Shown piece after piece: positions 1-13,600 of a DNA stretch of 64,000 nucleotides. The DNA comes from Basidiobolus meristosporus CBS 931.73. Lineage: Eukaryota > Fungi > Basidiobolomycota. The notes under the pieces were generated by a model that saw only the letters and a list, made by a program, of their open reading frames with translations, was not told the DNA's origin and made no database searches. The stretch is taken from positions 36,523 to 100,522 of the forward strand of contig MCFE01000300.1 in assembly GCA_002104905.1 (NCBI GenBank), written 5' to 3'. How positions within the stretch are numbered: the first letter of the stretch is position 1; each line of letters starts with the position of its first letter. The position numbers and the translations under genes are program-made.

Positions 1-776
1 AGCAGGGTAATTCTGTTGATTAGATTTTCATTTCCTCTCCTGGCAGCATCTTTTTAGAAAAGAGTTTTTGTCTCAGATACATTTTCTTAGCAGCTGAACA
101 TGACTGGTGGGTGTCTTCTAATGCCATCCTGGCATTCTTTGCCATTTTGCTCTTGAGCATTGAATTAGCAATTTGTCTTTAACATTAAGGCAAATGCCGT
201 CAAAGGCCCTTTGTTCTTTCCTTTGGTACTCTAAGGCTTTCTCTGCCACATTTTTAGGATAGAATTCATCTCCCATGACAACATATCAAGGGCTCTTTTT
301 TGTAGCAGCCTCCTTATCTTCACCTTCCACGCTTGGTAGTTAGATCCATCAAATTTTGCAGCAGAGGGAAATATTCCAGTAATAGCAGTAGTAGACATCA
401 CAGAGAGTGACAGCTTGGGGCTCATAACCTGTTGTAAGAGTCTTGGAGATATCTGAAGGGATAAGGAGGAGAAGTAATTTATGTGGTTATCACTTAATGA
501 TTTATTGATTTTAAAAGTAGTATTTACACTTTGACATGGTCTTGGCATTGAAAACATATAGAATAGGTTAAGGAAGGCCCAAGAACATGTGTGCAAGGTT
601 TGGAGCTGTTTGGATAACTTTGGGAATCTTCATGTTCTTGGCACCTGGTATTTTGGTGAAAATATTCTCAGTAAATCCTAACAAAGAACTTGGTGAGTAT
701 TATCTAGGATCTGAGGGTAATGATCTAAGTGACTAAGTTAGGAGAATATTTAGGTGGAATTACAAACTTTACAATA
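1..776 (-). mobile_element. Ty1/copia family A, copy A1: gag 5' part, PBS and 5' LTR (LTR 430-776); runs off the window start
   Basis: Minus-strand gag motif KFDGSNYQAWKVKI. PBS GGTTATGAGCCCCAAG (reverse complement) at 414-429 abuts the LTR end. The LTR matches 52701-53049 and 60363-60711. Its outer end interrupts the RT region of copy A2. Confidence 0.9.
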
Positions 777-3700
777 GTAAATACTATAGTCAACATCAGT
801 TCTTTTGAAACACAAATATTCCAAACAAGAATCTATTTGCAATTCCAGGCTCCTGGTGATTATTTGAGTCCATCTAGAGATTTTTTCAGCTTTCAGGCCA
901 AGTGGGAGTTATCTTAGTCAGCAAACCCATCAGGCTGGTTCATATACATATCCTTTTCAAGTTCTCCATTTAAAAATGCAGTTTTTACATCCGGTTTGTG
1001 TATAAAAAATTTTATATGGCTGCAATAGCCAATATTAATATGATGGAATTAAACTTGGCTACTGGTGCAAAGATCTCAGTATAGTCAAGTACTTTTATTT
1101 GAGAGTATCCTTTGGCCACCAGTCTTACTTTGTATCTTACAATTCCACCATCAGCCTTGTATTTCTTCTCAAAGACTCATCTGCATCCAATTGATTTCTG
1201 AGTGATTGGTAATTTGACCAAGTACCAATTTTGATTTTCCATTAGGGCCTGGTATTCCTCAATCATTGAAGATCTCAAAAACTTTGTCTGAGGGCTATTA
1301 AGGGCCTCTTTCACAGTCTTGGGCTCATTGATATAGACTGAATAGGCACAGGCTAAGTTTGTACCCACGTTGATTTGATAATTTGGGCTATTTCTTGTCC
1401 AGTTGAATCTCCAGGCATATGATACCAGAATGCTCACTTCTGGGATATTCCTGGCACTGCTACAGGCTGAAAAACAGTTGTAGAGTTCTCTGGAGGGAAA
1501 AATATCTCATTGTTTTGCGATAATTCAATCCTGACATTTGGTGGACTTGAGATCAGCTGTTCATCATCCTCTGATGTCAGTTTTTGTGAGAAATTTGAGT
1601 ATCAGTCAGACTACACAGCCATGGACCTGATCAGCTTTTTTGCTATTGTATTGTAGAATCTATATGCTTTACTCTCATTGCAGTAGCCAAAAAATATGCA
1701 TTTTACCCTTTTTGGCCCATATTTTGACTGATTCCTGGGCAGTTTCTTGGCATATGCTGTACGCCCAAATATTTTTAGATGTTCTGCACTTGGACAGTAT
1801 CCATATCATGTTGCAAATGGAGAAGAACCACAAAGTATTCTGTAATAACTCCTATTTTTTAGGTATACAGCTGTGGTCACTGATCCTGCTTAAAAATCAT
1901 AGGGTAATTTTTGGTCATGGATCACTTATCTTGCCATATCAACTAATGTTCTGCTTGCACATTCTCCTACTTCATTTTGCTGTGGGAAGTATGGTAGAGT
2001 AGTCTCTTGCTTTATCCCATAAATTTTGCATAAGTGGATAAAGAGTTTTGGGATATATTCTCCACCATTGTCACAGCGTATTTTCTTGATTTTTTCATCA
2101 GCTTTTCTATCTACCATGTTTTTAAGCTCCCTAAGACTGGACAGAGCCTCTACCTTTCTCTCCATGGGGTAGACCCATATGTATCTTGTATAATCATCAA
2201 TAAAAGTGATTAAATACTTCATCCTGCCTATGAATAAATCTGGAATAGGTCTACACAGATCTGAGTGAATTGAACTTATTTTTTCTTAGCTTTGATTAAC
2301 CCAGGGCTCTTGAATGGTGTTCTGGCTCTTTCCCATATATGCAGGCTTCACAGATCTCTGAATTAGCTGGGGGAGCAATATTCACTCCAGAAATTTGCTG
2401 ATTTTGATCATTTTGGGTAAATAATCAAAATTGATGTGCCCAAATCTCCTGTGCCAAGGTATTGGTGTTTTTTTACTCAAGTCACTTATAATGGCTTCCA
2501 GATATGCCAGAATATAGATCAACTAATACAGATTTTGATCTATGATATATAAGCAATATGAGTACAATTGTAATCAGTGATCCTGCATGCAGAATTGTCA
2601 AAGCTGAAACTGAGTCCTTCTGTTGTGGCCTTGCTATTGTCACCTATGAAAACCTTCTGAACTGGAATTTCTTGATATGTGGTAAAAATTTCTTTTTGGT
2701 GTGTAAAGTGCTGATGCTCCGGAATCAATGTACCACATCTGAGAACGCTTGTTTGTGGTCATATTTAGTGCTGATATGAATAGTCTATCTTCAATTATTG
2801 CAGCATTTTCATATTCAGGCCTTTTCTGCTGACAATATCTTTTTTTCCAGCACCATTCTGATGTGTCCCTTCCTTTTGCAGTAGTTGCAAAACAGGTTGC
2901 TATTGCCTTTAAAAGGTCTTAGTTATATCTGTTGCTGGTTATCACTGCTTACTAAAGCATTTTCTTCTTCCTTCTTATTAGCGCTTGATTATCTTAATAC
3001 TTCATCCAGGAGCCTTTCATATACATAAAATAAGGTCAAATATTCAGTTTTGCACTCAAGTGCAGATGTAAGGCCCTGAAACTTGTCTGTCAGACTATTC
3101 AGAATGGTTACTATCACATCCGCATTGGTAGTTGGTGTGCCTAAAGATTCCATCTCATCCACCAGCAGGGCAATTCTATTAATTAGATTTTTCATTTCTT
3201 CTCCTGGCAGCATCCTTGTAGTAAAGATTTTTTGTCTGAGATACATTTTCTTAGCAGCTGAACATTGTTGTAAGAATTAAGTTGTCACCAGAGTAATCAT
3301 GCCAACTTAGTCACACAGATCTACTCTTTGATTAGTGTTCAGTCCTGACCAAATTTCCTGTTAGGATTACATAGAATATTTTCATCAAATTATCAGGTAC
3401 CCAATTTATGATCTTTCTTAAAGTTGTCCAAAAGCCCCCAAACTTTGCACACAAATTCTTGGGACCTTCCTTAACAAAATCTAGACATATGTTTTCCTAC
3501 TTTATCAAAAGTATAAATACCCATACTTTTCATTAATAAATCTACAAGTAAATAACTTGTTAAACCTCTAGTTCTCCACATCACTGCAAGTACTCCTCAG
3601 AATATTACTACAAAATGAATGATAGGTGTATTCTACTGCCTTCCAGGCATTCTTTGCTGTTTTTATTTGTGAGCATTGAATTAGCAATTTGTCTTTGCCA

Positions 3701-4293
3701 TTGAGGTAAATACAGTTAAAGGCACTTTGTTCTTTCTTCTAGTACTCTAATTACTCCTTTCCCACATCTTTAGGAGGGTGTTACCATCCCATAACAATTT
3801 CCAAAAGGCCTTTTTCTTGTAGCAGCATCTTCATCTTCACCTTCCACACTTGGTAGTTATATCCATACAACTTTTCAGCAGAGGGAAAATTTCCAGTATT
3901 TGCAATAGTCAATATTGCAAAGAGTGATAGCTAGGGGTGCATAATCTGTTGTCAGAGTCTTGGAGATATTGGAAATGATTGGGTGAGCAAGTAGATAATG
4001 TGGTTTTCAATTGATGATTTATTGCATGTAAAAGTAGAGTTTGTACTTTTACATGGTCTTGGCAAAACAAGCACATAAAATATGCATAGGAAGGTCCCAA
4101 AATCATGTGTGCAAAGTTTGGGGCTGTTTGAGCAACTTTGAGAATTTTCATGTTTTGGGTACCTGATATTTTGGTGAAATATTCTAGAAAAATCCTGACA
4201 CAGATTTTGGTGAGTGTTCTCTGAGATTTGAAGATAATGATCTAAGTGACTGAGTTAGGTAAAATTTAGGCAGATTTACATATTTTTACAACA
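777..4293 (-). mobile_element. Ty1/copia family A, copy A2, degenerate (partial RT, integrase, protease, gag; 5' LTR 3947-4293)
   Basis: Integrase fragment 1926-2222 (FIDDYTRY...DNGGEY...PQQNEVGE), gag fragment 2989-3246, degenerate PBS at 3931-3946. Colinear with 59029-62300 in reverse orientation, with many stops and frameshifts. Confidence 0.9.
3266..3612 (+). repeat. Diverged family-A-related solo LTR inserted antisense into the gag of A2
   Basis: Starts TGTTGTAAG and ends ...TACTACA; shares the core CCCCAAACTTTGCACAC. The host gag resumes after it (compare the empty site CTGAACATGACTGG at 74-87). TSD is degraded (AACAT on the left, AAAT on the right). Confidence 0.75.
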
Positions 4294-4298
4294 AAATA

Positions 4299-4773
4299 TG
4301 CTAGACCTGGGTAGTTACTAGAATGTGATTGCTGAATTCTTAATTTTGCTGAGGCACAATCCTAATTTTGTTGAGATGCACACTAAACCAAAAGGTTTAC
4401 TAACCTGTATTTATACTTCTCTGTGCAAGTGGAATTAATAAGCACCAAGTGACTGAGCTAATTGAAATTAGTTTGGATGTTGATAGTCACATAAGATAGA
4501 TGGAAATTGCATCATCAGCCAGCTGATGCTTTCACAACTGCTGAGTGGTTAGACAGATTTCAGATGACTAATCACTTGGAAAGGCTTAGTTGATCAGTGG
4601 AGGACATAATGACCATATGAAAATTGATCAGTTATGACAGCTAAAAATAAGTTCTGGGAAGTGATAAAATGAACCATAAAAAGGATACGTTATGGGTGGG
4701 TGAGGGAAAATTAGTTAGGGTACTAGACTCTCTAGAGTAAAATAGGTTAGGTTTTAAATGATGATGCACAACA
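4299..4773 (-). repeat. LTR-like repeat, family W
   Basis: Reverse-complement match to 57927-58384. Termini in element orientation are TGTTGTGCAT...CTAGCA. The start also appears at 27375. No TSD found. Confidence 0.6.
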
Positions 4774-4799
4774 GTGTTCCTCTGCTGTTACTTTGGGAA

Positions 4800-5830
4800 A
4801 TGGCTAAATTCTTGGCTGTGATATTGAGCTACTTGAATTCCTTCTTTGCAGCATAAATACTGCATTTTCTACCTAGGTTATTGATTGCTCTACATATGTT
4901 ATCTACTCATTCATGTACTAGACTATTTCCTGACTTCTCTGGGCATTTGCTTCTATCCAAAAAGCCACTGTACCTAATTACCTGCTTAATACTTTGGTAT
5001 GAGCTGACAATATACTGGCTGAAATGGGCCAAGGTGATGTTACAGAAGTGAGTCAGACCAAAGGGAGGATAGTGTTACATATAGATCTATATATGGTGAC
5101 ACTGCTTTGTTTAAAATGCTTAATATGGCAGGTCATCATGGAATCTTACAGTCATGCAGCTGCAATGTTTCAAATACAAGACTGTCTTGAATTTGCGTGC
5201 ACATCAACAATAAAGTGACATAATAACATTATATTTGAGTGTCTACACTGCAAGAGAAAAGAAAAAGACCATGTGGCTATTTTCACAAGCCTCTCAGCCA
5301 TGTGGCACACAGACAGCATAGGAAGTACTATAAGGATCACAGATAGTATTATGCACACAAGTCATATTCAACCATTCATTGGTAACTTCAGTACCAACAA
5401 TATTTTGCAAGCCACTTGATACTGCTGTAACACTGCCTAGCTGTACTTGTCACCTTGTGCAAACTGAGTCTAGAGAGTTTGTGATGCCTTTGGGCTCACC
5501 TCAGCCTTTGGAGTATAGCATGTAGAGTGATAGCTCAGAAGAAAAAGGCTTGCTGATGGATTGTGAGTCTATCTCCCTTAACATCAGTACCCTGCATGAG
5601 CCTGGCAAAATCCCAATATTCAAGGAGACAACACCCATAGAGAAAAAAAGCCAAGGATACTTTATCAAGCAAGGTGAACCCAGCAACCCATTTACTGGAA
5701 AATGATGCAATGTTGAGGCTAGAGGAGCGCATGCATCCACTAATATGAGTAATGGGGGCTTTGAGGATTTACAACTACTTCTTGCCAAATAATTCCAGGA
5801 TGCAACTTACCATTTACATACGCTTACAAT
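4800..5830 (+). mobile_element. Fragment of CACTA-type family Y (ORF2 start and transposase N-terminus)
   Basis: Reverse-complement match to about 41520-42950. Confidence 0.7.
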
Positions 5831-5859
5831 CAAATAAAAAAGTTCCAAGTTTAACTACC

Positions 5860-8689
5860 ATTCAGGGTCTGATATTCTCAGTCATTAAAGATCTCCAAAA
5901 CTTTGTCTGAGATCTATTAAAGGCCTCTTTTATAGTCTGGGGCTCATCAATATGTACTGAATAGACATAGGCTAAGTTTGTACCCTCATTGATAGTAAAT
6001 TGGGCTATTTCTTGTCCATTTGTATTACCTGGCATTTGATAATTGAATAAGCACATCAGGGATATTCCTGGGCACTGCTTCTGGCTGAACCACAGCTTTA
6101 TAGTCTTTTGGAGTGAAAAATATTTAATGTTTTGCTCTAATTCAATCCTGGCATCTGGTGGACTTGAGATCAAATTTTTGTCATCATTTGATGTTATTTA
6201 TGTGAAAATTTTGAATATTTATCAGACTAAACAGCCCTGCATCTGATCAGCTTCTTTGTTTTTGTATTGTAAAGTCTGTATGCTTTATTCTCATTGCTGT
6301 AGCATAAAAACATGCATTTTTCACTTTTTGGCCCATATTTTGACTGATATCTAGGCTGTATTTTAACATATGCTCTGCACCCAAATATTCTTAGATGTTC
6401 TGCACTTGGTTTGTATACATACCATTCTTCATATGAGGGGGATTCAGACAGTATTCTGTTATGACTCCTATTTTTAAGGTAGACAGCTGTGGCAACTGAT
6501 TCCTCCCAAAATCATAGGATAAATTTTGATCTTGGATAATAGATCTTGCCATATCAACTATTTGTCTGTTTGCATGTTTTGCTAACCCATTTTGCTGTGG
6601 AGAGTATGGTAGAGTAGTCTCTTGCTTTATCCAATGAACTTTGCAGAAGTAGATGAAGAGTTTTAAGGTATATTGTCAACCATTGTCCAAGTGTATTTTC
6701 TTGATTTCTTCACCTGTATTTCTCTTCACCATAGCTTTAAACTCCCTGAGCTTACATGGAGGATCATCCTTTCTCTCCATCAAGTAGACCCACTTGTTTC
6801 TTGTATAATTATCAATAAAAGTGGTTAAATACTTCATCTAGCTTACAGATATATCTTGCATAGATCCACAAAGATCTGAGTGAATTAGATCTATTTTTTT
6901 CTTAGTTATGATTATCCCAGTGCTCTTGAGTGGTTGCCTGGCTTGTTTCTCATATATACAGGTGTCACAGTACTCCACGTCAGTAGGGTCATCAATACTT
7001 TTTCAGGAAGTTAGCTGATCTTTGATCATTTTTCCCAAATAATCAAAAATGATATCTCCAGATCTCCATGCCAAAGCATTGCTTTTTCTTCACTTAAATA
7101 CCTTAAGTTGGCTTCCAGGTATAATGGAACATAAGTCAACTTGCATTGATTCTGATCTCTGATTCCCAAAGCAATATGGTACCATTTTGATCAGTGATTC
7201 AGCATCCAGAATTGATAAAGCTGAAACTGCATCCTTCTGCTGTGGCCTTGCTTACAGATAGTAGGTTCATGGCTATTTCTGGTACATGGAGTGCTTCTTT
7301 AATGGTAAGGGTGTGGCTTCCTTCACTGCTGATTAAGATCTACCTGCATAGTTCCTTCTCCCACTGCATCAAGTGTGCTATTATAACCCATGAAAACATT
7401 GTTAATTGGAATTTCTTAATATTGGGTAAAAAGTACTTTTTGGTGTGTAAAGTATTGAGATGCTGCAGAGTCAGCATGTTAAATGATCTGAGAATCCTTC
7501 TTTTATGGCTGTATTTGGTGCAGATATGAAAAGGCTATCCTCTGTTGTTGCAGCATTTCCAAATTCATGCTTCCTTTGCTTATTATCTCTCTTTTTCAAG
7601 AAACCATCTGATGTATGTCCTTTTCTTTTGCAGTAGTTGCAAAAAAGATTGCTGTTGCCTTTGAAGGACCTTGAGTACCTCCTTTATTGGCTAACATTGC
7701 ATATTAAATCATTGGCTTCTTCCTTCTTATTGGCACTTGATTCTTTGATTCTTCATATAGGAGCCTTCTGTATGCAAAATTTAAGGTCAGATCTTCAGTT
7801 CTGGACTATAGGGCTGATATAAGGCCTGAATCTTGCCTGTCATGCTATTCAAGATGGTTGCTATCCCATCCTCATCAGTAAGTAGTAGCCCCAAAGATTC
7901 CATTTCATCCACCAGCTGGGTAGTTCTGTTAATCAGATTTTAGTTTCTGTCTCCTGGCAGCATCTTTGTAGTAAGAGTTTTTGTCTGAGATACACTTTCT
8001 TAGCAGTTGAATATGATTGGCATATGTCTTCCAATGCTTTTCAGGCATTATTTGTGGCTCTTGACCTTCAGCATTGTATTAGTAATTTGTCTTTGACATT
8101 AAGGCAAATGCAGTTAAAAGCACATTGTTCTTTCTTCCAGTACATTAAGGCTTCCACTCTGGCATTTTTGGGAGGGTATTCTTCTCCTATGAGAATATCC
8201 TAAAGGCCTCTTTCTTGTAGCAGCATCTTCATCTTCACCTTTCACACTTGGTAATTAGATCTATCCAACTTTTCAGCAGAGGGAAAAATCCAGTGATAGC
8301 AGTAGTAGACATTACAGAGAGTGATAGCTCAGAGCTTGTAACCTGTGTAAGAGCCTTGGAGATATTGGAAGTGATTGGGAGAACAGGCAGATAATGCAGT
8401 CTTCACTCAATGATTATTAAACATAAAAGTAGTATTTATACTTTTATATGTGCTTGACATAACAAGCACATATTATAGGTTTGGAAAGGTCCTAAGAACA
8501 TGTGTACAAAGTTTGGGGCTGTTTGGACAACATATCTAATATGCATGTTGTGGGTACTTGATAATGTGGTGAGATATTCTAGGCAGGTCCCAACTAGGAA
8601 TTTGGTCAGTATTCTCTGGGATTTGAAGGTAATAATCTAAGTGACTATGTTAGGTAATTATTTAGGTGGATTTACAAGTCTTTACACCA
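5860..8689 (-). mobile_element. Ty1/copia family A, copy A3 (gag-protease-integrase, 3' truncated; 5' LTR 8344-8689)
   Basis: Colinear with 59029-61870 in reverse orientation. Degenerate PBS next to the LTR at 8343. Confidence 0.85.
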
Positions 8690-8739
8690 TTCTGTATCTG
8701 TGACAATGACTGCTCTTCACACATATTTCACTCATCCTG

Positions 8740-9880
8740 TCTTAGGGCTGTTTCCTCAGTTTTCTGGGACATTGCATCTATATCATTAGCCACTGTACCT
8801 AATAGCCTCAGCAATGCTTCAGAATAGCTGACAATATACCTGCAAGTGCTGCTGGTGTTATTTTATGACAGTCATTTCCTAGTCATCAATCAGAAGTAAT
8901 GCATTTGCTAATATCTCATCTGCTTTATCACTACAGGCTGCTTGCAGCTAAGAAGAGGTTATCAGTCATCTACAGCACTATGAGCCTGAGGAGTCTGTAT
9001 CAGTAACTTTGGTAGGCACACTGTCAACATGGTCTTTTTGAATGTAGTTTGGCTTGTTGCATTGACTGTCAAAGTAAGCAGTTATCCAACTGGTTCCTCT
9101 GTCGCTGTCTACAGTTGGGTTGATTGGGAATCATCACAGCTTTACTTTATTTTTTAACAGAATAAAAATGAAAGAGAGTCAGGCAATAAGGGATATAGTG
9201 CTACATGTAGTGCACAAGTGGTGCCACGACCTGACTGAAAGTGCTCACTTTGATGGGTTATTATATGCCATTATACTCATGTTGGGACAATGACTCATAT
9301 ACCAGACTGTTGGAAACCAACATTAGTCTTCAGAAATAAGCAATATAATGGTATAGCATTGCTGAGAATCAAGCTGCTTGCCACATGGACAAGACTGCTC
9401 TGACTCAACATTGTAAGAGAAGCAAAGTAAATATATGGCAATTTGTAATAAGACTCTCAGTCATAAAGCACACATATAGCAAAGGGAGGATTATCAAGAC
9501 AACCATCAGTGTTTACCATATTTTCAGTAATTTACCACTCATTAGTCACTAACGTACCAAGAATATCTAGCTATTGCCAACAGTGCTCTTCAACCTTAAT
9601 CTGGTGCCAATCTCACGGCTTAAGAGCAGAGATCTGCTAGTAGTCTCACTGATACCTGTATCTAAATAAGCACCCATCCTCTATAGCTACCTGTACCAAT
9701 TTCTAGAAGAGCTTAGTATGCAATCTGGCAGGATACTGCTAAATGGTTATCATGCCTAAAGGCATGTATTATATGCATTTGAGATATTCATGCTATGAGC
9801 ATCATATCCAGCTTTTTCTGGCCACAATAGAAGGCACTTCTGTTGAACTCAAAATACCACAGAAGCCATCAAGATTAACA
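8740..9880 (+). mobile_element. Internally deleted fragment of CACTA-type family Y
   Basis: 8740-9540 matches the reverse complement of about 41950-42950. It then jumps to a match with about 40870-41230 (transposase LISEPKSP...SGHNG region). Confidence 0.7.
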
Positions 9881-9899
9881 GTTACTATGACACAGCTAT

Positions 9900-10657
9900 G
9901 TTTGGGGCTGGAATGCCTAAAATGACTAACCACAATGGCTTCAACTCAAAGTTCTGCCAATGGAAATTGACACTCTGCAGAAGAATCCCACCTTGAAAGA
10001 ATGTCAGGAGAGAGGACTTTGCTTGAGCTATCAGAAGCATGGGAATATTGTAAAGCACCTCCCTCTGAGAAGTCATGGGAAACAGTAAACAAGACACTTC
10101 AACCACATTGAAGCCCTTAAGCATAACAACATGGATGACAAGCTTGAAGAAGACTTGGAACTCACTTTCATATGACAGAAGAATACTTAGTACAGATGAC
10201 CTCAGGCCTATAGAAGCTTTTGTACTTCAATAGAGTAATCAATTGAGTACCTGCCAAGATCATGATTGCCTCTAGAGAATCACATGAGTATGTGTAGGTC
10301 AAATTTGCCTTAGAAGCTGGAATCAACTCCAAACCCACCAAATCAGCTTCAGTCTTGACAGCTGATAGGGACTGCCATGTTATCAACCACATGACTCAGC
10401 CTGTAAGAAAGAAGATCAACTACTACAATGATAATCTAAAGGCCTACATATTTGGAAACTGCAACTTGACTGGTACATAGAAAATATTGACATTCTATTG
10501 TAATCCTTGAGTTTACTGAAGAACCCATGCTATTGAAATCCAAAAGGACTACATGACTTACAGGCTGCTACCTTCAAGAGCAGATATCACTTGGCCAATG
10601 CCAGTGTATATCAAACAAGAGAGCTTAGCAAAACAAAGTTCTGTTGAGCACTTAGTA
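9900..10657 (+). mobile_element. Ty3/gypsy gag-protease fragment
   Basis: Homologous to 34250-35030 (ATGGAAATTGACACTCTGCAGAAG etc.). Confidence 0.75.
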
Positions 10658-13600
10658 TGTTGTAATTCAAGAAGTGTTATGGATATAAGGAACTTACCAA
10701 GAAATATTGATAATAGTTGAACTGTTGTTTATTCACAAAGAAGCTTAGTATTTATACCTTTGTGGAAGTAATACAACTGTAACACCTAGTAAGGAGGGTT
10801 TCTCAACATTCAGGAGCATTCTGCAATATTTTAGGGGTCAATACATAATAGACTTGTTCCATTGTGCCATTGATCATAGCACCAGAAAGTGCTGTATATT
10901 TTGTTATTAATTTGACATTTTAAGATCATATGCATGTCAATTTTGATCCCAAATTGGCACTATATGGCACCATCTGGCACTCTGTTGCATGATCAGGCAC
11001 AATCTGGCATGCTATGGCACTATTGGGCACTATAATCAGCTGGAATGATGGAACAAGTCTAATGTTTGGTAAAAGTGCTAATCTGATCTTGACTATAGGG
11101 GAATAATCCCAGGCTCATAGATCTGAAGAAAGTGGGAAAGTTAGAGCTGTAAATAAGTCTCACAGCAACCAAAAATAGTCCAGAATCATAAAGAAAACTC
11201 TTGGTTGCTTAGTAATTCCAAACAGGCCAATATTTCAACACTCCCACTCAACTAAATAGTTCCTTAATCCTATTTCCTCACTGAGATTCTTAAATTATGG
11301 CCTACCTATTGGTGTAAATATTTATGCCACCATTTTGCCAGTTTGGCAGCAAACAAACTCCAATTAGTTATTATCTACAGATCCCCTCACAAGATGGTGT
11401 TGTATATTTATGTACTTTGTTCTGGCATGACTAGTAGTATTTGAAGCCAATGAAAAACAACCATGATTATCCTTGTAAGTATATGTTGGTTCATCTGAGC
11501 CAATGCCTAAATCTTGTAACAACTTTCATAATCATATAGCCTCCATAGTTGCTTGAAACGCAGCCATATACTCAGCTTCAGTTGTAGATAGGGCCACAGT
11601 TGATTGTTTTTTGCAACCCAAGTAATAGCTGCATCAGCATAGAGAAATAAACACCCTGTGGTAGAGTGTTTGTTAATCAGATCCCAACCCCAATCTGAAT
11701 TGCTATAACCATCAAATTCTTGCCTCTTAGCAGCTCCAGAGTATTGCAGTACCATATTTATGGAGCCTTGTAGATATCTTAAAATCCACTTAACTGCTGT
11801 AATTTGATCTGATCCATAATTCTGCATAAATTAACTGACTATTCCAGCTGCAACTGCAATTTCTTGACATGTAGACACCTTCAAGCTTATTGGGCTACAA
11901 ACCATTGATTGAGAGGGAAACTTTTGGTCAGTATTTGAGCCATTTTCACCTAAAACTGAGTGAAATTTGCTCAATTTTAGATTATTGTCCATAGGGGTAG
12001 CTGCAGCTTTGCAAGTTTCCATTTGAAGCACCTAAGAGTGTCCCTGATGTACTTTGACTGATTTGGCACATTTTTCTGCGTAGGTATGTCATATTCCAAT
12101 TCAATTCCAGAAGAGTACCTTGATTTTCCAAGATCCCTGATCTCAATCTTGCTGAAGATATCTGGTTTTGTTTGTTTAAGTACCTCATAGTCACATTTAG
12201 CTAGTATTAGGCTGTCTACATAAAGAACTAGGATGATTACACAGTTTTTGGGCTGTTTCACATATATACTGTGATTTCCAGTGCTACAAATGAACCCAAT
12301 CTCCTCTAGATAATTGTCAATCTTGTTATACCATGCTCTAGGTGCCTGCTGAAACCCATACAATAATCTCCTGAGTCTACACACTTTATGGGGGCCTTTG
12401 AACTGGTAAAACCTTCTGGTTGCTGTCTATATATAAATTGTTGCATATCTTCACTTAGAAAGGCTGTTTTGACATCCATTTGGTGAAGATCTCAACAGTG
12501 AACAGCTGCCAGGGCTAGACTTGTCCCAATGGAGTTAAACTTGGCAACTGGAGCAAATGTTTCCTTAAAGTCTTTTCCTGGATCTGGGAATAGCCTTCAG
12601 CCACCAATCAAGCCTTGTACTTATCAACAGTACCATTTGAGGTTATGTTGATCTTGTAGACCAATCTACATTCTATTGGCTTTATCCCATTTGGTAAATC
12701 TACAAGCTCTCATGTTTTTGCCTTGAACAGTGATTGGTACTCCTCCTGCATGGCTTGTTGCCACATAGTAGCTTATGGACTTTGCATTGCTTATTTCCGA
12801 CTCTAAGGTCCCGCACATAAGGCAAGATAAGCTTCTTCATGATCATTCAATGTTGGCCACCAGGATCCAGGGGCATTTGTTTTTCTGATAGATCCCCTAA
12901 CTAGGATAAGCCTCTAATATGGAACTGATAAAATTATTTTCTGTATCTGGCTGAATTAGGTACATATCTTCTTCATTAGTGCTGATTGTATCATCAGGCA
13001 GCTGGCCAACAATTTCAGTGGGTTTATGATCTGAGTGCTCCTAAAGTACAGCATCCCTGCTCTTGATCAGCTTATGAATTTTGCAATCATACACTCTATA
13101 TCCTTTAGTATCTTTGCATTACCCAAGAAAGATACCTTTTCTACTCTTTGGCTCCATCTTTGAGCACATTGTTTCAGATTTGTGATAAAAGACATCACTG
13201 CTAACAATCCTGAGGTCCTGGAGGTCTGGTTTTTGCCTGTATATGCTTCAAAGAGTATGGAATCACAAAGTGCTACTGTTGGGCATCTATTCTTGATGTA
13301 TACAAGGGAAGCAACAGATTCAGCCAAAAACTTGTAGTCCATTCCCTTATCATGTAGCATATATCTTCCTGTCTCTAATATTGCTCTATTTGCACATTCT
13401 GCTACTTCATTTTGCTGTGGAGTATGTAAAATAGTGGTCTGTGAAGTATACTGGTAGATGAGCAGTGTTTTGCAAACTCCTTCAAGCAGTATTCACCCCC
13501 ATTGTTCCTTTGAAGTACCTCCAATTTATACCCAGTATGTGTTTCCGCCATGTTCTTGAAGTGCTTAAACATCTTTGAGGCCTCATGCTTTGTTTTGAGG

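Noticed and set aside
1640-2002. Hydrophobic or membrane-like small ORFs (also 29627-29962, 40500-40802, 50401-50871)
   Set aside because: They are antisense shadows of TE coding sequence, or span TE junctions.
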